Source: Pseudomonadota bacterium (GTDB lineage Bacteria > Pseudomonadota > Gammaproteobacteria > Poriferisulfidales > JAYYZZ01). From it: a DNA stretch of 64,000 nt. Made by a program: the position numbers and the translations under genes. Each line of letters starts with the position of its first letter. The stretch's first letter is position 1. This document shows positions 10,096-20,917 of the stretch, piece after piece. Where the stretch lies: the NCBI GenBank assembly GCA_036687665.1, contig JAYYZZ010000001.1, positions 46,832-110,831 on the forward strand. Reading direction: 5' to 3'. The notes under the pieces were generated by a model. The model ran no database searches and was not told the DNA's origin. It saw nothing but the letters and a program-made list of their open reading frames with translations.

Positions 10096-11877
10096 CTATT
10101 TAACAGTATACATGCTAACAGGGTCCTCAAATATCGGGCCTGTCTTTAGAGGGCATTCATCATCGCAAGCACAACCCCCTGGCAACTTACTCCAGATATA
10201 TTCAAGGGCATCTTTACGATGAGTAAAAAAATGATCCAGCCACTCGGCGCTGGCGTAGCCTGTATTCTTAAATACATGCATAATCGTCGAATGAACACGC
10301 ACAAACAATAATTCAATATTATTATCTACTAGACGTCTTGAAAGCTCGTGTAACATTTCTTCACCAGTAGCATCTATTTCATTAATACTAACAGCATCTA
10401 TTATTATATATTCAAGCTTTGGTTTTTCAGAGAGCTGCTCTAATACTTTTGTTTCAAAATAACCTGTATTAGCAAAAATCAGTGAGCCATCAAAACGTAA
10501 AATTGAAACGCTTGCGCATGTTTTACTGATACTAGAAGACTCAGCACTAATAAAGTTGCCGTCCTTGTCTTTAGTCTCAACAATTACAGTTGGGCGCATG
10601 CCTCGCCAAATGTATAAGAATAATGTTAAAACAACTCCTAAAATAATACCCTGCTCTAAATGTGGCGCTGTAAAAAAAGTTGCAAGGAATACGACAACTG
10701 CTATAAACCCATCGTGTTTTTGTACTCGCCAGGCATACTTTATTGGCTTGAATCTTACCAACCCTGCAACTGCAGACATTACAACAGCTGCAAGCGTTGC
10801 TTGTGGCAAGTGGTACAGTAGCGGGGTTAGGAATAATAAGGTAAGCCCTAAAACAACTGCAGTGACAACAGATGAAAAACCTGTGATAGCGCCTAAAGCC
10901 GTGTTAACTGCAGTGCGAGAAAAAGAACCAGAAACTGGGTAACCTTGAAAAAAACTAGCTGCTATGTTGCTTAAACCTTGCCCAATCAATTCTTGATTAG
11001 CATCAATTCTTTGTTTTGTCTTTGCTGCAACAGCCTTTGCAACCGAAATAGCTTCCATAAAACCAATCAAGGAAATAATAATTGCAACCGGCACTAACTG
11101 AGTTACTGACTGTGCGTCTAGCGATGGAAATGAGAACGAGGGTAATCCTTGAGGTATTACGCCAACAACATTGCCACCAAGTTTAGACTCAAAACCAATA
11201 CCCCAAGAAATTAAAGTAGTAACTACTAGTGCAACTAAGAATGGTGGCACTTTTGTACTAATTTTCTTTAAACCAAAAATAATGACAAGAGCCCCAATGC
11301 CCATAAGCAATGATGGCATATGTGTCAGTGGTATTTCTGATAATACGTCAGCTAATTGTTGATAATAAGGCAACTGGCTGTCTGGTTTCATCACCCCTAG
11401 CAGCTTGTAGAGCTGGGAAGTGCCAATAATAATGGCTGCCGCATTTGTAAAACCAATGACCACTGGATGAGATAAGAAATCAACTAAAACACCCAACCTG
11501 AATATGCCCAGTAAAAATTGAAACAAACCAACCAAGAAAGCTAGAATAACAGCAAAGAAAATAAATTCAGATGGGTCAGAAGTTAATGCTGCTACGGCTG
11601 TGAAAGTTAATAATGAAACTATAGCGACAGGGCCGGTAGCAAGCTGGCTTGAAGATCCCCATAATGCTGCTACAGCAACTGGAATAAACGAGGCATATAA
11701 TCCATAAATTGGATTGAGACCTGCAAGCTGAGCATACGCCATTGATTGCGGTATTAGAATGAGGGCTACTGTCAGTCCTGCAATAAAATCTGTTCTAATT
11801 ACACGAAAAACCTTAAGCTCATGCCAAGATAAAAAAGGAAAGAATGATTGCCAACTAGAGCGTGTATAATTGGTCAT
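10096..11877 (-). CDS. SulP/SLC26 anion transporter with STAS domain
   Basis: DFIAGLTVALILIPQSMAYAQLAG, GP, NQELIGQGLSN, GSFSRTAVN, C-terminal STAS (LRFDGSLIFAN, IDATG). Confidence 0.95.
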   Translation of the reverse strand: MTNYTRSSWQSFFPFLSWHELKVFRVIRTDFIAGLTVALILIPQSMAYAQLAGLNPIYGLYASFIPVAVAALWGSSSQLATGPVAIVSLLTFTAVAALTSDPSEFIFFAVILAFLVGLFQFLLGIFRLGVLVDFLSHPVVIGFTNAAAIIIGTSQLYKLLGVMKPDSQLPYYQQLADVLSEIPLTHMPSLLMGIGALVIIFGLKKISTKVPPFLVALVVTTLISWGIGFESKLGGNVVGVIPQGLPSFSFPSLDAQSVTQLVPVAIIISLIGFMEAISVAKAVAAKTKQRIDANQELIGQGLSNIAASFFQGYPVSGSFSRTAVNTALGAITGFSSVVTAVVLGLTLLFLTPLLYHLPQATLAAVVMSAVAGLVRFKPIKYAWRVQKHDGFIAVVVFLATFFTAPHLEQGIILGVVLTLFLYIWRGMRPTVIVETKDKDGNFISAESSSISKTCASVSILRFDGSLIFANTGYFETKVLEQLSEKPKLEYIIIDAVSINEIDATGEEMLHELSRRLVDNNIELLFVRVHSTIMHVFKNTGYASAEWLDHFFTHRKDALEYIWSKLPGGCACDDECPLKTGPIFEDPVSMYTVK

Positions 11878-11919
11878 AGTTATAATTCTAGCATATAAGA
11901 GAATACCAAACCTTGAGCA

Positions 11920-12954
11920 ATGAAATTTTCAAAACTTAGCCAGACAAATCTATCTGTAAGTAAAATTTGCTTAGGAACAATGACTTTTGGTGAGCAAAAT
12001 ACTGAAAGCGATGCGCATGCTCAGTTAGATTATGCTTTTGAGAGAGGTATTAATTTTATTGACACTGCAGAAATGTACCCAGTACCTCCCGAGCAAAAAA
12101 CTCAAGGCTTGACCGAAAGTTTCATTGGCACATGGTTAAAAAAAACTGGAAAGCGCAAGGACATCATTTTGGCAACAAAAGTTTCTGGCCCAGCAGCATT
12201 CATGTCTTATATACGCAATGGACCAAACTTAGATAAAAAAAATATTGAGCAAGCAATAGAGTTAAGCTTAAAAAGATTAAACACAGATTATATTGATTTG
12301 TATCAAGTGCATTGGCCTTCCCGGAATACAAACTTTTTTGGCCAATACGGTTACAAACACACAGATGAAAATTTTATTCCCATTGAAGAAACGTTAGAAG
12401 TATTAAGCGATGCGGTAAAATCAGGGAAAATTAGGTATATAGGTGTATCAAACGAAACTCCTTGGGGTGTAATGCAATTTTTAGTATCTGCTAAAAAAAA
12501 TAAATGGCCAAGGATTGTTAGTATTCAAAACCCTTATAACTTTCTAAATAGGACATATGAAATTGGGCTTGCTGAGTTTTCTCACAGGGAAAATACTGGT
12601 CTGCTAGCCTATTCCCCGTTAGCTTTTGGCGTATTAACTGGAAAATATCTGGATAACCTGAAACCAAAAGGGGCTCGTCTAACGCTCTGGAGTAATTTTA
12701 ATCGATATAATGGAGGGCAAGCTGTCACCGCAACAAAAGAATATGTAAATTTAGCAAAAAAATTTAATATAACCCCTGCTCAGCTAGCTTTAAGTTTTGT
12801 TACCAGCCAACCATTTGTCACAAGCAATATAATTGGTGCAACAAACCTTCAACAATTAAAAGAAAATATCGACAGTATAGATGTCACATTAACTAATGAC
12901 ATGCAAGAGGAAATAGAAAAAATACACCAAAGATACCCAAATCCTTGCCCTTAA
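11920..12954 (+). CDS. tas: NADP(H)-dependent aldo-keto reductase Tas
   Basis: LGTMTFGEQN, DTAEMYPVPP, DLYQVHWP, SNETPWG, AYSPLAFG, C-terminal PNPCP. Confidence 0.93.
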   Translation: MKFSKLSQTNLSVSKICLGTMTFGEQNTESDAHAQLDYAFERGINFIDTAEMYPVPPEQKTQGLTESFIGTWLKKTGKRKDIILATKVSGPAAFMSYIRNGPNLDKKNIEQAIELSLKRLNTDYIDLYQVHWPSRNTNFFGQYGYKHTDENFIPIEETLEVLSDAVKSGKIRYIGVSNETPWGVMQFLVSAKKNKWPRIVSIQNPYNFLNRTYEIGLAEFSHRENTGLLAYSPLAFGVLTGKYLDNLKPKGARLTLWSNFNRYNGGQAVTATKEYVNLAKKFNITPAQLALSFVTSQPFVTSNIIGATNLQQLKENIDSIDVTLTNDMQEEIEKIHQRYPNPCP

Positions 12955-13502
12955 TCTTGATCACACAATAAATCTTCTACATATGTCGCGAGATCTGCAA
13001 AAATTGGTATATTGCCCGGGAAACCCGATAAGTCTTTTGTAATTTCTCCGAACCCTGTTCTCACTAAAACAGGTGATGCGCCAGCAACTAGAGCAGCCTG
13101 CATATCTCTTAAGGAATCTCCCACGAAAGGCACTCCTTTTAAGTTGCCATTACATGCATTTGCCACTAAAAAAAGCAACCCAGGTTTTGGTTTACGACAT
13201 TCACAATTTTCTTCTGGAGAGTGTGGGCAAAAAAATACTTCTTCTAATGAACCCCCAAGTGCATTAATTTCATGGCGCATTTTTTTGTGGATTTCTTCTA
13301 AACTTTTTAAAGTAAATACCTCTCGACCAACGCCAGCTTGATTTGTAGCAACATAAATACTATAGCCAGCTTTACTAAGCCTTGCTATTGCCTCTAAGCT
13401 CCCAGGAATTGGGATCCACTCATCGGCAGACTTTACATATAAGTCTGATTCTTGATTAATTACGCCATCACGATCGAGGATTATTATCTTTTTGCTAGTC
13501 AT
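12951..13502 (-). CDS. gmhB: D-glycero-beta-D-manno-heptose 1,7-bisphosphate phosphatase
   Basis: LDRDGVIN, TNQAG, CPH..C.CRKPKPG, VGDSLRD; downstream of glyS. Confidence 0.94.
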   Translation of the reverse strand: MTSKKIIILDRDGVINQESDLYVKSADEWIPIPGSLEAIARLSKAGYSIYVATNQAGVGREVFTLKSLEEIHKKMRHEINALGGSLEEVFFCPHSPEENCECRKPKPGLLFLVANACNGNLKGVPFVGDSLRDMQAALVAGASPVLVRTGFGEITKDLSGFPGNIPIFADLATYVEDLLCDQD

Positions 13503-13525
13503 AAATATTAAAATAATATAACTAT

Positions 13526-15598
13526 TTATTGAAGTTTAGAAAAATCAGCAATTTTTAAAAATAGCTCATTCAATTTATGTAAAAGAGCTATTCTGTTGCG
13601 CCTCAATTCCTCATTTTTATCCATTACCATCACATTATCAAAGAACGCATCGACTGGAGTTTTTAGTGTGCTCAGTTTTTTAAGCGCCTCAGGATACTTG
13701 TCTTCTGAAGATAAAGCATTAATCTCAGGCTCTAGCTTTTCAAGCAGATTAAATAAATCTTTCTCTTGTTTCTCAGCCAGAAGGCTTTGGTCTATCTTGA
13801 TTGAAGCATGTATTTCAGCTGTTTTCAAAATATTACGAATTCTCTTCCCGGCAGCAGTAAGACTAACTGATTCTCTTAATTTTTTAAAATCACTGACCGC
13901 TCTTATTTTTCTATCAATCTCTAAAAGATTCGAAGATTGGCAAACTATAACCGAATCGATGACGTCCTTACTTATTCCTAACTCAGCATAGTAAAATTGC
14001 AATCTATCTAAAATGTAAATTATGATATTTTTACATGACTTTTCAGGTTTTAAATTTTTTGGATACAACGAAGCTGAAAAGGATAATAACTTCTTTAAAT
14101 CTAAATCGTATTCACATTCAATAATTATTCGCAATAAGCCGATAGAAGCTCGGCGCAAACCAAATGGATCTCTAATACCACTAGGCTTACCTTCCGCGGA
14201 AAAAATACCAACTAAACTATCAATTCGTTCTGCAAGTGCTAAAGATTTTCCTGGCAGTGTGCTCGGTAATTCGTCACCAGCTTGCTTCGGAAGATAATGC
14301 TCCCTGATTGCTGTTGCAACCGCCTCATTTTCACCATCTTGTAAAGCATAATAAGAACCCATAATGCCTTGCAAACCTGGAAACTCGCTAACCATTTCAG
14401 TTAACAAGTCACATTTATAAAGCTCACAAGCACGCATTACAATCTTCTCATCTGCACTTATCTCGTTTGCAATAAGCTTGGCTAATAAGGTGACTCTCTT
14501 AGATTTATTTTGCACATTCCCGAGCTGGCGGTGGAACGATAAACCTTCCAAAGAATCATACCTAGAAGCAAGTGTTGTTTTTTTATCCTGTGACAAAAAA
14601 AACTCAGCATCATGAAAACGAGGCTTAATAACTCTTTCGTTCCCTGAAACAATAGAACCGGGGTTTTTTGCTTCAATGTTAGAAACAAAAATAAAAAATG
14701 ACATAAGGCTTCCGCTGTCTTTTTTAACAGGAAAATATTTTTGCTTATCTTGCATTGTATAAACTAAAACTTCTTCTGGGAGTTGAAGAAATTTTTTATC
14801 AAATTTTCCTACTAAGCAACAGGGCCACTCAACCATGGATGTGATTTCATCTAGGAGCTCTGGCTGTAATTCAATCACACCATCTAACTCTTTTGCTAAT
14901 CTTTTAGTTTGATCAATAATTAATTTCTTTCTTTTTTCAAAACTAACTATAACCTTTCCTTTTTTTTCTAATAGATTGATATAGTCATCAGCATTTTTTA
15001 AAAGAATCTTTTTTGGGGCATGAAAACGATGCCCGAAACTAATATTATTTGAATCAATACCTAATATATTTGCTTTTATTACATTTTTTCCATGCAAAAG
15101 CACTACCCAGTGCACGGGTCTTAAAAACTCGACCTGGTTATCGCCCCATCGCATTCTTCTTGCCACTGGCAAATCTTTTAAAGATTGCTCAATTACTTTT
15201 GGAATAAGTGTTGTTGCGCTTTTGCCTTTTTCGACTTTGCTATAAAAAAGACAATTTGCTCCATCGTGCTCTCTGACACTAAGCTGTGCCAAGGTGGTGC
15301 CGCAACTTTTTGCAAAACCAAGCGCTGCCTTTGTTGGCCGACCTTCCTGGTCGTAAGAAATATCTAAAGATGGTCCTTTTTTTTGGATGTTTTGGTCTTT
15401 CTGTTGAAATGAAAGATTGCGTATAACAAAAGCTAACCTCCTTGGGGTGCAATATGATGAAATACCCTCAAAAGCTAAATCATGCATACTTATATTTTGA
15501 GCAATAATCTCAGAAAGCGCCTGTGAATTAGAAAATAAAGTTTTAGGCGGAAGCTCTTCTGTCCCAACTTCAAACAACAGATTGGCAGATTCATCCAT
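13526..15598 (-). CDS. glyS: Glycine-tRNA ligase beta subunit
   Basis: EVGTEELPP, TPRRLA, MRWG, RPVHW, EFPGLQG.MG, DPFGLRRA, FFDNVMV. Confidence 0.98.
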   Translation of the reverse strand: MDESANLLFEVGTEELPPKTLFSNSQALSEIIAQNISMHDLAFEGISSYCTPRRLAFVIRNLSFQQKDQNIQKKGPSLDISYDQEGRPTKAALGFAKSCGTTLAQLSVREHDGANCLFYSKVEKGKSATTLIPKVIEQSLKDLPVARRMRWGDNQVEFLRPVHWVVLLHGKNVIKANILGIDSNNISFGHRFHAPKKILLKNADDYINLLEKKGKVIVSFEKRKKLIIDQTKRLAKELDGVIELQPELLDEITSMVEWPCCLVGKFDKKFLQLPEEVLVYTMQDKQKYFPVKKDSGSLMSFFIFVSNIEAKNPGSIVSGNERVIKPRFHDAEFFLSQDKKTTLASRYDSLEGLSFHRQLGNVQNKSKRVTLLAKLIANEISADEKIVMRACELYKCDLLTEMVSEFPGLQGIMGSYYALQDGENEAVATAIREHYLPKQAGDELPSTLPGKSLALAERIDSLVGIFSAEGKPSGIRDPFGLRRASIGLLRIIIECEYDLDLKKLLSFSASLYPKNLKPEKSCKNIIIYILDRLQFYYAELGISKDVIDSVIVCQSSNLLEIDRKIRAVSDFKKLRESVSLTAAGKRIRNILKTAEIHASIKIDQSLLAEKQEKDLFNLLEKLEPEINALSSEDKYPEALKKLSTLKTPVDAFFDNVMVMDKNEELRRNRIALLHKLNELFLKIADFSKLQ

Positions 15599-15606
15599 TC
15601 GCTTGC

Positions 15607-16491
15607 CTACTTGGTCTTTGCCATTGGGAATCCCAGGGCTTTTCTCTTTAAGAAATAAGAGGATGCTACATTTTGCGCCAAGTCCCTAATACGCAATATA
15701 TATGACTGCCTTTCAGTAACAGAAAGAGCATTGCGTGCGTCTAGTATATTAAATATATGAGATGCATATAAAACATGCTCATATGCAGGCAAAATAATTT
15801 CTGAATCTAGTAATTTTTTACACTCAGATTCAGATTCTTCAAACCGTTGAAATAAAATTTCAGTATTCGCGTGCTCAAAGTTATAGGCAGACTGGTCAAC
15901 TTCATTTTGATGATAAATATCGCCATAAGTGACTGTCTGTTTGCCTTTTTTTGACCACACTAAATTATAAATATCGTCAGTATCTTGCAAAAACATAGCA
16001 ATACGCTCAAGCCCATATGTAAGTTCTCCAGTTACTGGGTTGGCATCTAGGCCACCGATTTGCTGAAAATACGTAAACTGACTAATTTCCATACCATTTA
16101 ATTGAACCTCCCATCCAAGCCCCCAAGCACCTAGAGTTGGCGACTCCCAATTATCTTCAACAAAGCGTATATCGTTTTTACGTGGGTTGATTTTGAGTAA
16201 TTTCAATGAATCCAGAAACATATTTTGTATATTTTGCGGAGATGGCTTCATGACAACCTGAAATTGAAAGTAATGTTGTAAACGATTGGGGTTCTCTCCG
16301 AAACGCCCGTCTGAAGGCCTTCTGCAGGATTGTACGTATGCAGCATTCCAAGGCTCAGGGCCAATAGCGCGCAAGAAAGTGGCGGGGTGAAAGGTTGCTG
16401 CACCCATTGGCATATCATATGGCTGCAATATGACACAGTCACGTTTACTCCAGTAGTTTTGAAGAACATCGATTAACTTTTGAAATGTCAT
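15607..16491 (-). CDS. glyQ: Glycine-tRNA ligase alpha subunit
   Basis: [46 protein letters not shown]. Confidence 0.98.
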   Translation of the reverse strand: MTFQKLIDVLQNYWSKRDCVILQPYDMPMGAATFHPATFLRAIGPEPWNAAYVQSCRRPSDGRFGENPNRLQHYFQFQVVMKPSPQNIQNMFLDSLKLLKINPRKNDIRFVEDNWESPTLGAWGLGWEVQLNGMEISQFTYFQQIGGLDANPVTGELTYGLERIAMFLQDTDDIYNLVWSKKGKQTVTYGDIYHQNEVDQSAYNFEHANTEILFQRFEESESECKKLLDSEIILPAYEHVLYASHIFNILDARNALSVTERQSYILRIRDLAQNVASSYFLKRKALGFPMAKTK

Positions 16492-16589
16492 CTAAGTATA
16501 CGAGGAATAAGTAGCAGTAGTTAGATAGCCATAATTATCAAAGGTAGTATATATCAGTATTTTTAAATAAAATGACTTTTTTAGCAGCA

Positions 16590-16605
16590 TGGCATCAAAT
16601 ATGCT
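16590..16605 (+). promoter_or_regulatory. Sigma54 (-24/-12) promoter of glnA
   Basis: TGGCATCAAATATGCT = GG-N10-GC, 70 nt upstream of the glnA ATG, in an ntrBC-linked locus. Confidence 0.8.
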
Positions 16606-16674
16606 CATATAAAGAAGAGCTAATATAAAGCTTTGACGGCAAAAAATATAATAACTATGTAAGGAGCAAGAATA

Positions 16675-18087
16675 ATGTCCGCCAGCGACGTAATAAAGAT
16701 GATAAAAGATAATGATGTGAAATTTGTTGAACTACGTTTCACAGATACTATAGGTAAAGAGCAGCACGTAACAGTCCCAGCACATGAGGCAAGTAGCTCA
16801 TTTTTTGAGGATGGGAAAATGTTTGATGGTTCCTCAATAGCGGGCTGGAAAGGTATAAATGAGTCTGACATGATACTAATGCCGGATACATCGACAGCAG
16901 TAATTGACCCATTTTTCAGTGATATGACGCTCAACATAAGATGCGATGTGATTGAGCCTCTAACCAAAGAGGGTTATGACCGTGACCCACGCTCTATAGC
17001 AAAAAAAGCAGAAATCTATTTGAAATCAACAGGTATAGCAGATGAAGCTTATTTCGGGCCAGAACCAGAGTTTTTTGTGTTTGACGGCGTCCGATGGGCT
17101 AATAAGATGGGGATGGCTTTTTATGAAGTAGACTCTGAAGAAGGTTGTTGGTCATCTGAAGAGATGTTTGAAGAAGGAAATATTGGGCACCGGCCTGGGC
17201 CAAAAGGAGGTTACTTTCCAGTACCCCCCGTGGACTCAATGCAAGACCTGAGATCTGCTATGTGCCTTGTTATGGAAGATATGGGTGTAAAAACTGAAGT
17301 ACACCATCATGAGGTAGCTACTGCGGGACAAGCTGAAATTGGCACCGCATGCAATACACTAGTTAAACGGGCAGATTGGAATCAAATACTAAAATATGTT
17401 GTACAAAATGTAGCCCATAATTATGGGAAAACTGCCACATTTATGCCAAAACCGCTGATTAATGACAATGGCAACGGTATGCACGTTCATCAATCCTTAG
17501 TGAAAAATGGCAAAAACATTTTTGATGGAAAAGGTTATGGATCTTTATCAGACGAAGCTCTATTTTATATAGGTGGAATTTTTAAGCATGCAAAAGCACT
17601 AAACGCATTTACAAATTCATCTACAAATAGCTATAAACGTCTTGTCCCTGGGTTTGAAGCACCAACTATTTTAGTTTACTCAGCACGTAACCGTTCAGCA
17701 GGTGTGAGGATACCTTATGTTTCCGACCCTAAAGCAAGAAGAGTTGAAGTAAGATTTCCTGACTCATGTGGTAATCCATACTTTACCTTTGCCGCGCTTA
17801 TGATGGCTGGTTTAGATGGTATCCAAAACAAAATACACCCGGGGGATCCAATCGACGTTGACCTATATGAAGATCTATCAGATGCAGAAGAAGCAAAATT
17901 ACCTCACGTTTGCTCTTCATTAGACCAAGCATTAGAAGCGCTTAATTCTGATAGAGACTTTCTAAAGGCTGGCGATGTGTTTACGGATAGCATGATTGAT
18001 GGGTATATCGCTCTCAAGACCGAGGAAGTACAGGCATTTCAAGCATCAACGCATCCACTCGAGTTTGAAATGTACTATAGCTTGTAA
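16675..18087 (+). CDS. glnA: Glutamine synthetase type I
   Basis: [56 protein letters not shown]; AAGGAG RBS. Confidence 0.99.
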   Translation: MSASDVIKMIKDNDVKFVELRFTDTIGKEQHVTVPAHEASSSFFEDGKMFDGSSIAGWKGINESDMILMPDTSTAVIDPFFSDMTLNIRCDVIEPLTKEGYDRDPRSIAKKAEIYLKSTGIADEAYFGPEPEFFVFDGVRWANKMGMAFYEVDSEEGCWSSEEMFEEGNIGHRPGPKGGYFPVPPVDSMQDLRSAMCLVMEDMGVKTEVHHHEVATAGQAEIGTACNTLVKRADWNQILKYVVQNVAHNYGKTATFMPKPLINDNGNGMHVHQSLVKNGKNIFDGKGYGSLSDEALFYIGGIFKHAKALNAFTNSSTNSYKRLVPGFEAPTILVYSARNRSAGVRIPYVSDPKARRVEVRFPDSCGNPYFTFAALMMAGLDGIQNKIHPGDPIDVDLYEDLSDAEEAKLPHVCSSLDQALEALNSDRDFLKAGDVFTDSMIDGYIALKTEEVQAFQASTHPLEFEMYYSL

Positions 18088-18134
18088 AATTGTATACCTA
18101 GAGAATCCATAGTAGAAATTCCTAAAAAATAAAA

Positions 18135-18177
18135 CCCTGCAACTTCTAATTTGCTGAAGTTGCAGGGATGTTTTATT
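18135..18177 (+). terminator. Terminator after glnA
   Basis: 12-bp stem CCCTGCAACTTC/GAAGTTGCAGGG followed by ATGTTTTATT. Confidence 0.8.
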
Positions 18178-18182
18178 AATAA

Positions 18183-18199
18183 TGCACTATAATAATGCA
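18183..18199. promoter_or_regulatory. NtrC binding site upstream of ntrB
   Basis: TGCACTATAATAATGCA matches the 17-bp NtrC consensus TGCACCA-N3-TGGTGCA; a second, weaker site CGCCCAATATTAGGGCA is at 18255-18271. Confidence 0.75.
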
Positions 18200-18392
18200 T
18201 TATTAGTTTTTTTTTCTTGTTTCTTCTCGTAAAATTTCTATCAAACTATATTTACGCCCAATATTAGGGCATAATCGGGTGACTTATAGAAATTACGCCC
18301 TATATTTAAGAATGAGAGGAAGCTTAAAATCAAAATTGAGTAAATTTCATCGGCATGATCGAAGAATATCGACGAATTTAGACGAAGATGTG

Positions 18393-19499
18393 ATGAAATT
18401 TGCTGCTGGCAACCTAAAAAAAGAGTTTGCCAAAAAGGAAGGTTTTTTCGTGTCTATTCTCGATAACCTTCAAACTGCTGTGGTTCTTGTTGGGCCAATT
18501 CCAGACTTACGAATCGAATACCTAAACCCTGCAGCTGAGATTCTTTTTGGTTCAAGCACCCAACATGCACTAGGGCAAAGTCTTCACTACTTATTTAGAG
18601 CAGATGTATCTGCAATTGAATCGAAGATTAATCAATCATTTCTCTCTGGGCGATCATTTTCCCTTAGAGGGGCAACTGTCACGCTGCAAGATTTTTCTGA
18701 AATTACTATAGATTGTGCTATTTCTCCGATAATGCAGGAAGGAAATGAAAGTTGCACAATCATAGAAATGAGCGTTGTTGACTCTCAGTTAAAAATTTCT
18801 AGGCAGGAAATGTTAAAAACAGAACGGGAAGCTACGCATGAAATGATAAGAGGGGTGGCGCATGAAATCAAAAATCCACTTGGTGGGCTACGTGGCGCTG
18901 CTCAACTACTCCATCAAGAACTAAAGCCTAAACTTCAAGAATACACAAAGATAGTAATCAACGAAGCAGATCGTTTGCATAAATTAGTTGATAGTCTTCT
19001 TGGCCCAAACAACATTCCAAAAAAAAGTAGTTTTAATATCCATGAGATAACAGAGCATGTTTCGCGTTTGATAAATGCCCAAAAAACAGAAAATATAAGC
19101 ATTACAAAAGACTATGACCCAAGTTTGCCTGAAATATATGCGGACAAAGATATGATTATTCAAGCACTACTAAATATTGCTAAAAACGCATTATATGCGG
19201 TCGATAAAGAAGGAGGGGGAGAAATAAAAATTAAGACTCGCGTTGAAAGAAACTTAAGTATTGATTTTGTAAAACACCCTTTGCTTGTTGCTGTAGAAAT
19301 AATAGATACAGGGCCTGGTCTTGCAGACACAGTGAAAGAAAAAATATTTTTCCCATTGGTAACCGATAAAGAAGGAGGTGCAGGACTTGGCTTATCAATT
19401 GCTCAAAGACTAGTCACCCATCATGATGGATCCATCGAGTATATTAGGGCTAATAATGAAACAATTTTTAAAATTATACTGCCTGTAAACCAAAATTGA
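18393..19499 (+). CDS. glnL: Nitrogen regulation sensor kinase NtrB
   Basis: PAS domain (YLNPAAE), H-box AHEIKNPLGGLRGAAQLL, N/G boxes, GLGLSIAQ. Start uncertain; the frame is open from 18279. Confidence 0.95.
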   Translation: MKFAAGNLKKEFAKKEGFFVSILDNLQTAVVLVGPIPDLRIEYLNPAAEILFGSSTQHALGQSLHYLFRADVSAIESKINQSFLSGRSFSLRGATVTLQDFSEITIDCAISPIMQEGNESCTIIEMSVVDSQLKISRQEMLKTEREATHEMIRGVAHEIKNPLGGLRGAAQLLHQELKPKLQEYTKIVINEADRLHKLVDSLLGPNNIPKKSSFNIHEITEHVSRLINAQKTENISITKDYDPSLPEIYADKDMIIQALLNIAKNALYAVDKEGGGEIKIKTRVERNLSIDFVKHPLLVAVEIIDTGPGLADTVKEKIFFPLVTDKEGGAGLGLSIAQRLVTHHDGSIEYIRANNETIFKIILPVNQN

Positions 19500-20911
19500 G
19501 AATGATGATGACCGAAGATAAAGAAGTTTGGGTAGTAGATGATGATGACTCAATGCGCTGGGTGCTTGAAAAAGCACTAACAAAACAAAACTTAAAGGTT
19601 ATAGGTTTCGATACTGGCAATAAAGTATTGCAAGAACTAAAGAATGCCGCGCCTAATGCAATAGTTTCTGATATCCGTATGCCTGGCATTGAAGGGTTAA
19701 GCCTTTTAAAACAAATACGCGACGATTTTCCGGATTTGCCTGTAATTATCATGACCGCACATTCTGATCTCGACACAACGGTAAGCGCATACCAAGGAGG
19801 GGCTTTTGAATATCTTTCAAAACCTTTTAATATAGATGATGCTGTTGACCTAATAGTGCGCGCCTGCGAAGTTGATAATAGCAGTAACTCAATTGAATCG
19901 GCCAACAAACCTCAAGAAATGGTTGGTGACTCCTTGGCGATGCAAGAAGTTTACCGTGCAGTTGGGAGGCTCTCGAATTCTAATATCACAGTTTTAATAA
20001 ATGGGGAAACAGGAACAGGAAAAGAGTTAGTAGCTCGCGCACTACATAGACATAGCCCTCGCTCAGAGAAGCCGTTTATTGCTCTTAATACAACTGCTAT
20101 ACCAAAAGACCTGCTTGAAGCAGAGTTCTTTGGCCACGAAAAAGGGGCTTTTACTGGAGCGCACACAAACAGGGTTGGTCGATTTGAACAAGCTTCAGGT
20201 GGAACATTGTTTCTGGACGAAATTGGCGACATGCCATCAGAGCTTCAATCTAAGCTTTTGAGAGTTTTGTCAGAAGGGGAATATTACCGCATAGGTGCAT
20301 CAACTCCTATAAAGTCAAATGCAAGAATTATCGCAGCTACACATCAAAATCTTGAGCAACGAGTAAAAAATGGGGAGTTCCGTGAGGATTTATTCCATCG
20401 ACTAAATGTTGTCCGCATTAATATACCCCCTGTTCGCGAAAGACCTGAAGATATTCCGTTGCTGGTCAATCATTTTTTAAATAACTCGGCAATTGAGCTT
20501 GAGACAAAACAAAAACAGTTGCATAAAGAAGCTCTGGACTACCTATGTACATTAAATTGGCCAGGAAATGTTCGTGAAATACAGAATCTTTGCCGTTGGC
20601 TCACAATAATGGCAATAGATAAAAGTGTGCATTTAGAAGATTTACCTCAAAATTTAAAAGAAGACCAAGAAATTAGTTCGACAACAGACTGGGAGAAGAA
20701 TCTTGCTAATTGGGCTATGCATGAATTAGATAAAAACAAACAACCTATCCTTGAGAAAGCACTGCCTATTTTTGAATCTATATTGATAAAGGCTGCAATT
20801 AAAAAAACAAATGGTAAAAAACATGAAGCTGCGAAACTACTTGGGTGGGGGAGAAATACGCTTACAAGGAAAATAAAAGAACTAAAACTAACTACCAAAA
20901 AGCAACTTTAG
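19496..20911 (+). CDS. glnG: Nitrogen regulation response regulator NtrC
   Basis: Receiver domain (VDDD, DIRMP), AAA+ GETGTGKE and GAFTGA, WPGNVRE, HTH AAKLLGWGRNTLTRK. Confidence 0.98.
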   Translation: MRMMMTEDKEVWVVDDDDSMRWVLEKALTKQNLKVIGFDTGNKVLQELKNAAPNAIVSDIRMPGIEGLSLLKQIRDDFPDLPVIIMTAHSDLDTTVSAYQGGAFEYLSKPFNIDDAVDLIVRACEVDNSSNSIESANKPQEMVGDSLAMQEVYRAVGRLSNSNITVLINGETGTGKELVARALHRHSPRSEKPFIALNTTAIPKDLLEAEFFGHEKGAFTGAHTNRVGRFEQASGGTLFLDEIGDMPSELQSKLLRVLSEGEYYRIGASTPIKSNARIIAATHQNLEQRVKNGEFREDLFHRLNVVRINIPPVRERPEDIPLLVNHFLNNSAIELETKQKQLHKEALDYLCTLNWPGNVREIQNLCRWLTIMAIDKSVHLEDLPQNLKEDQEISSTTDWEKNLANWAMHELDKNKQPILEKALPIFESILIKAAIKKTNGKKHEAAKLLGWGRNTLTRKIKELKLTTKKQL

Positions 20912-20917
20912 TTACTA

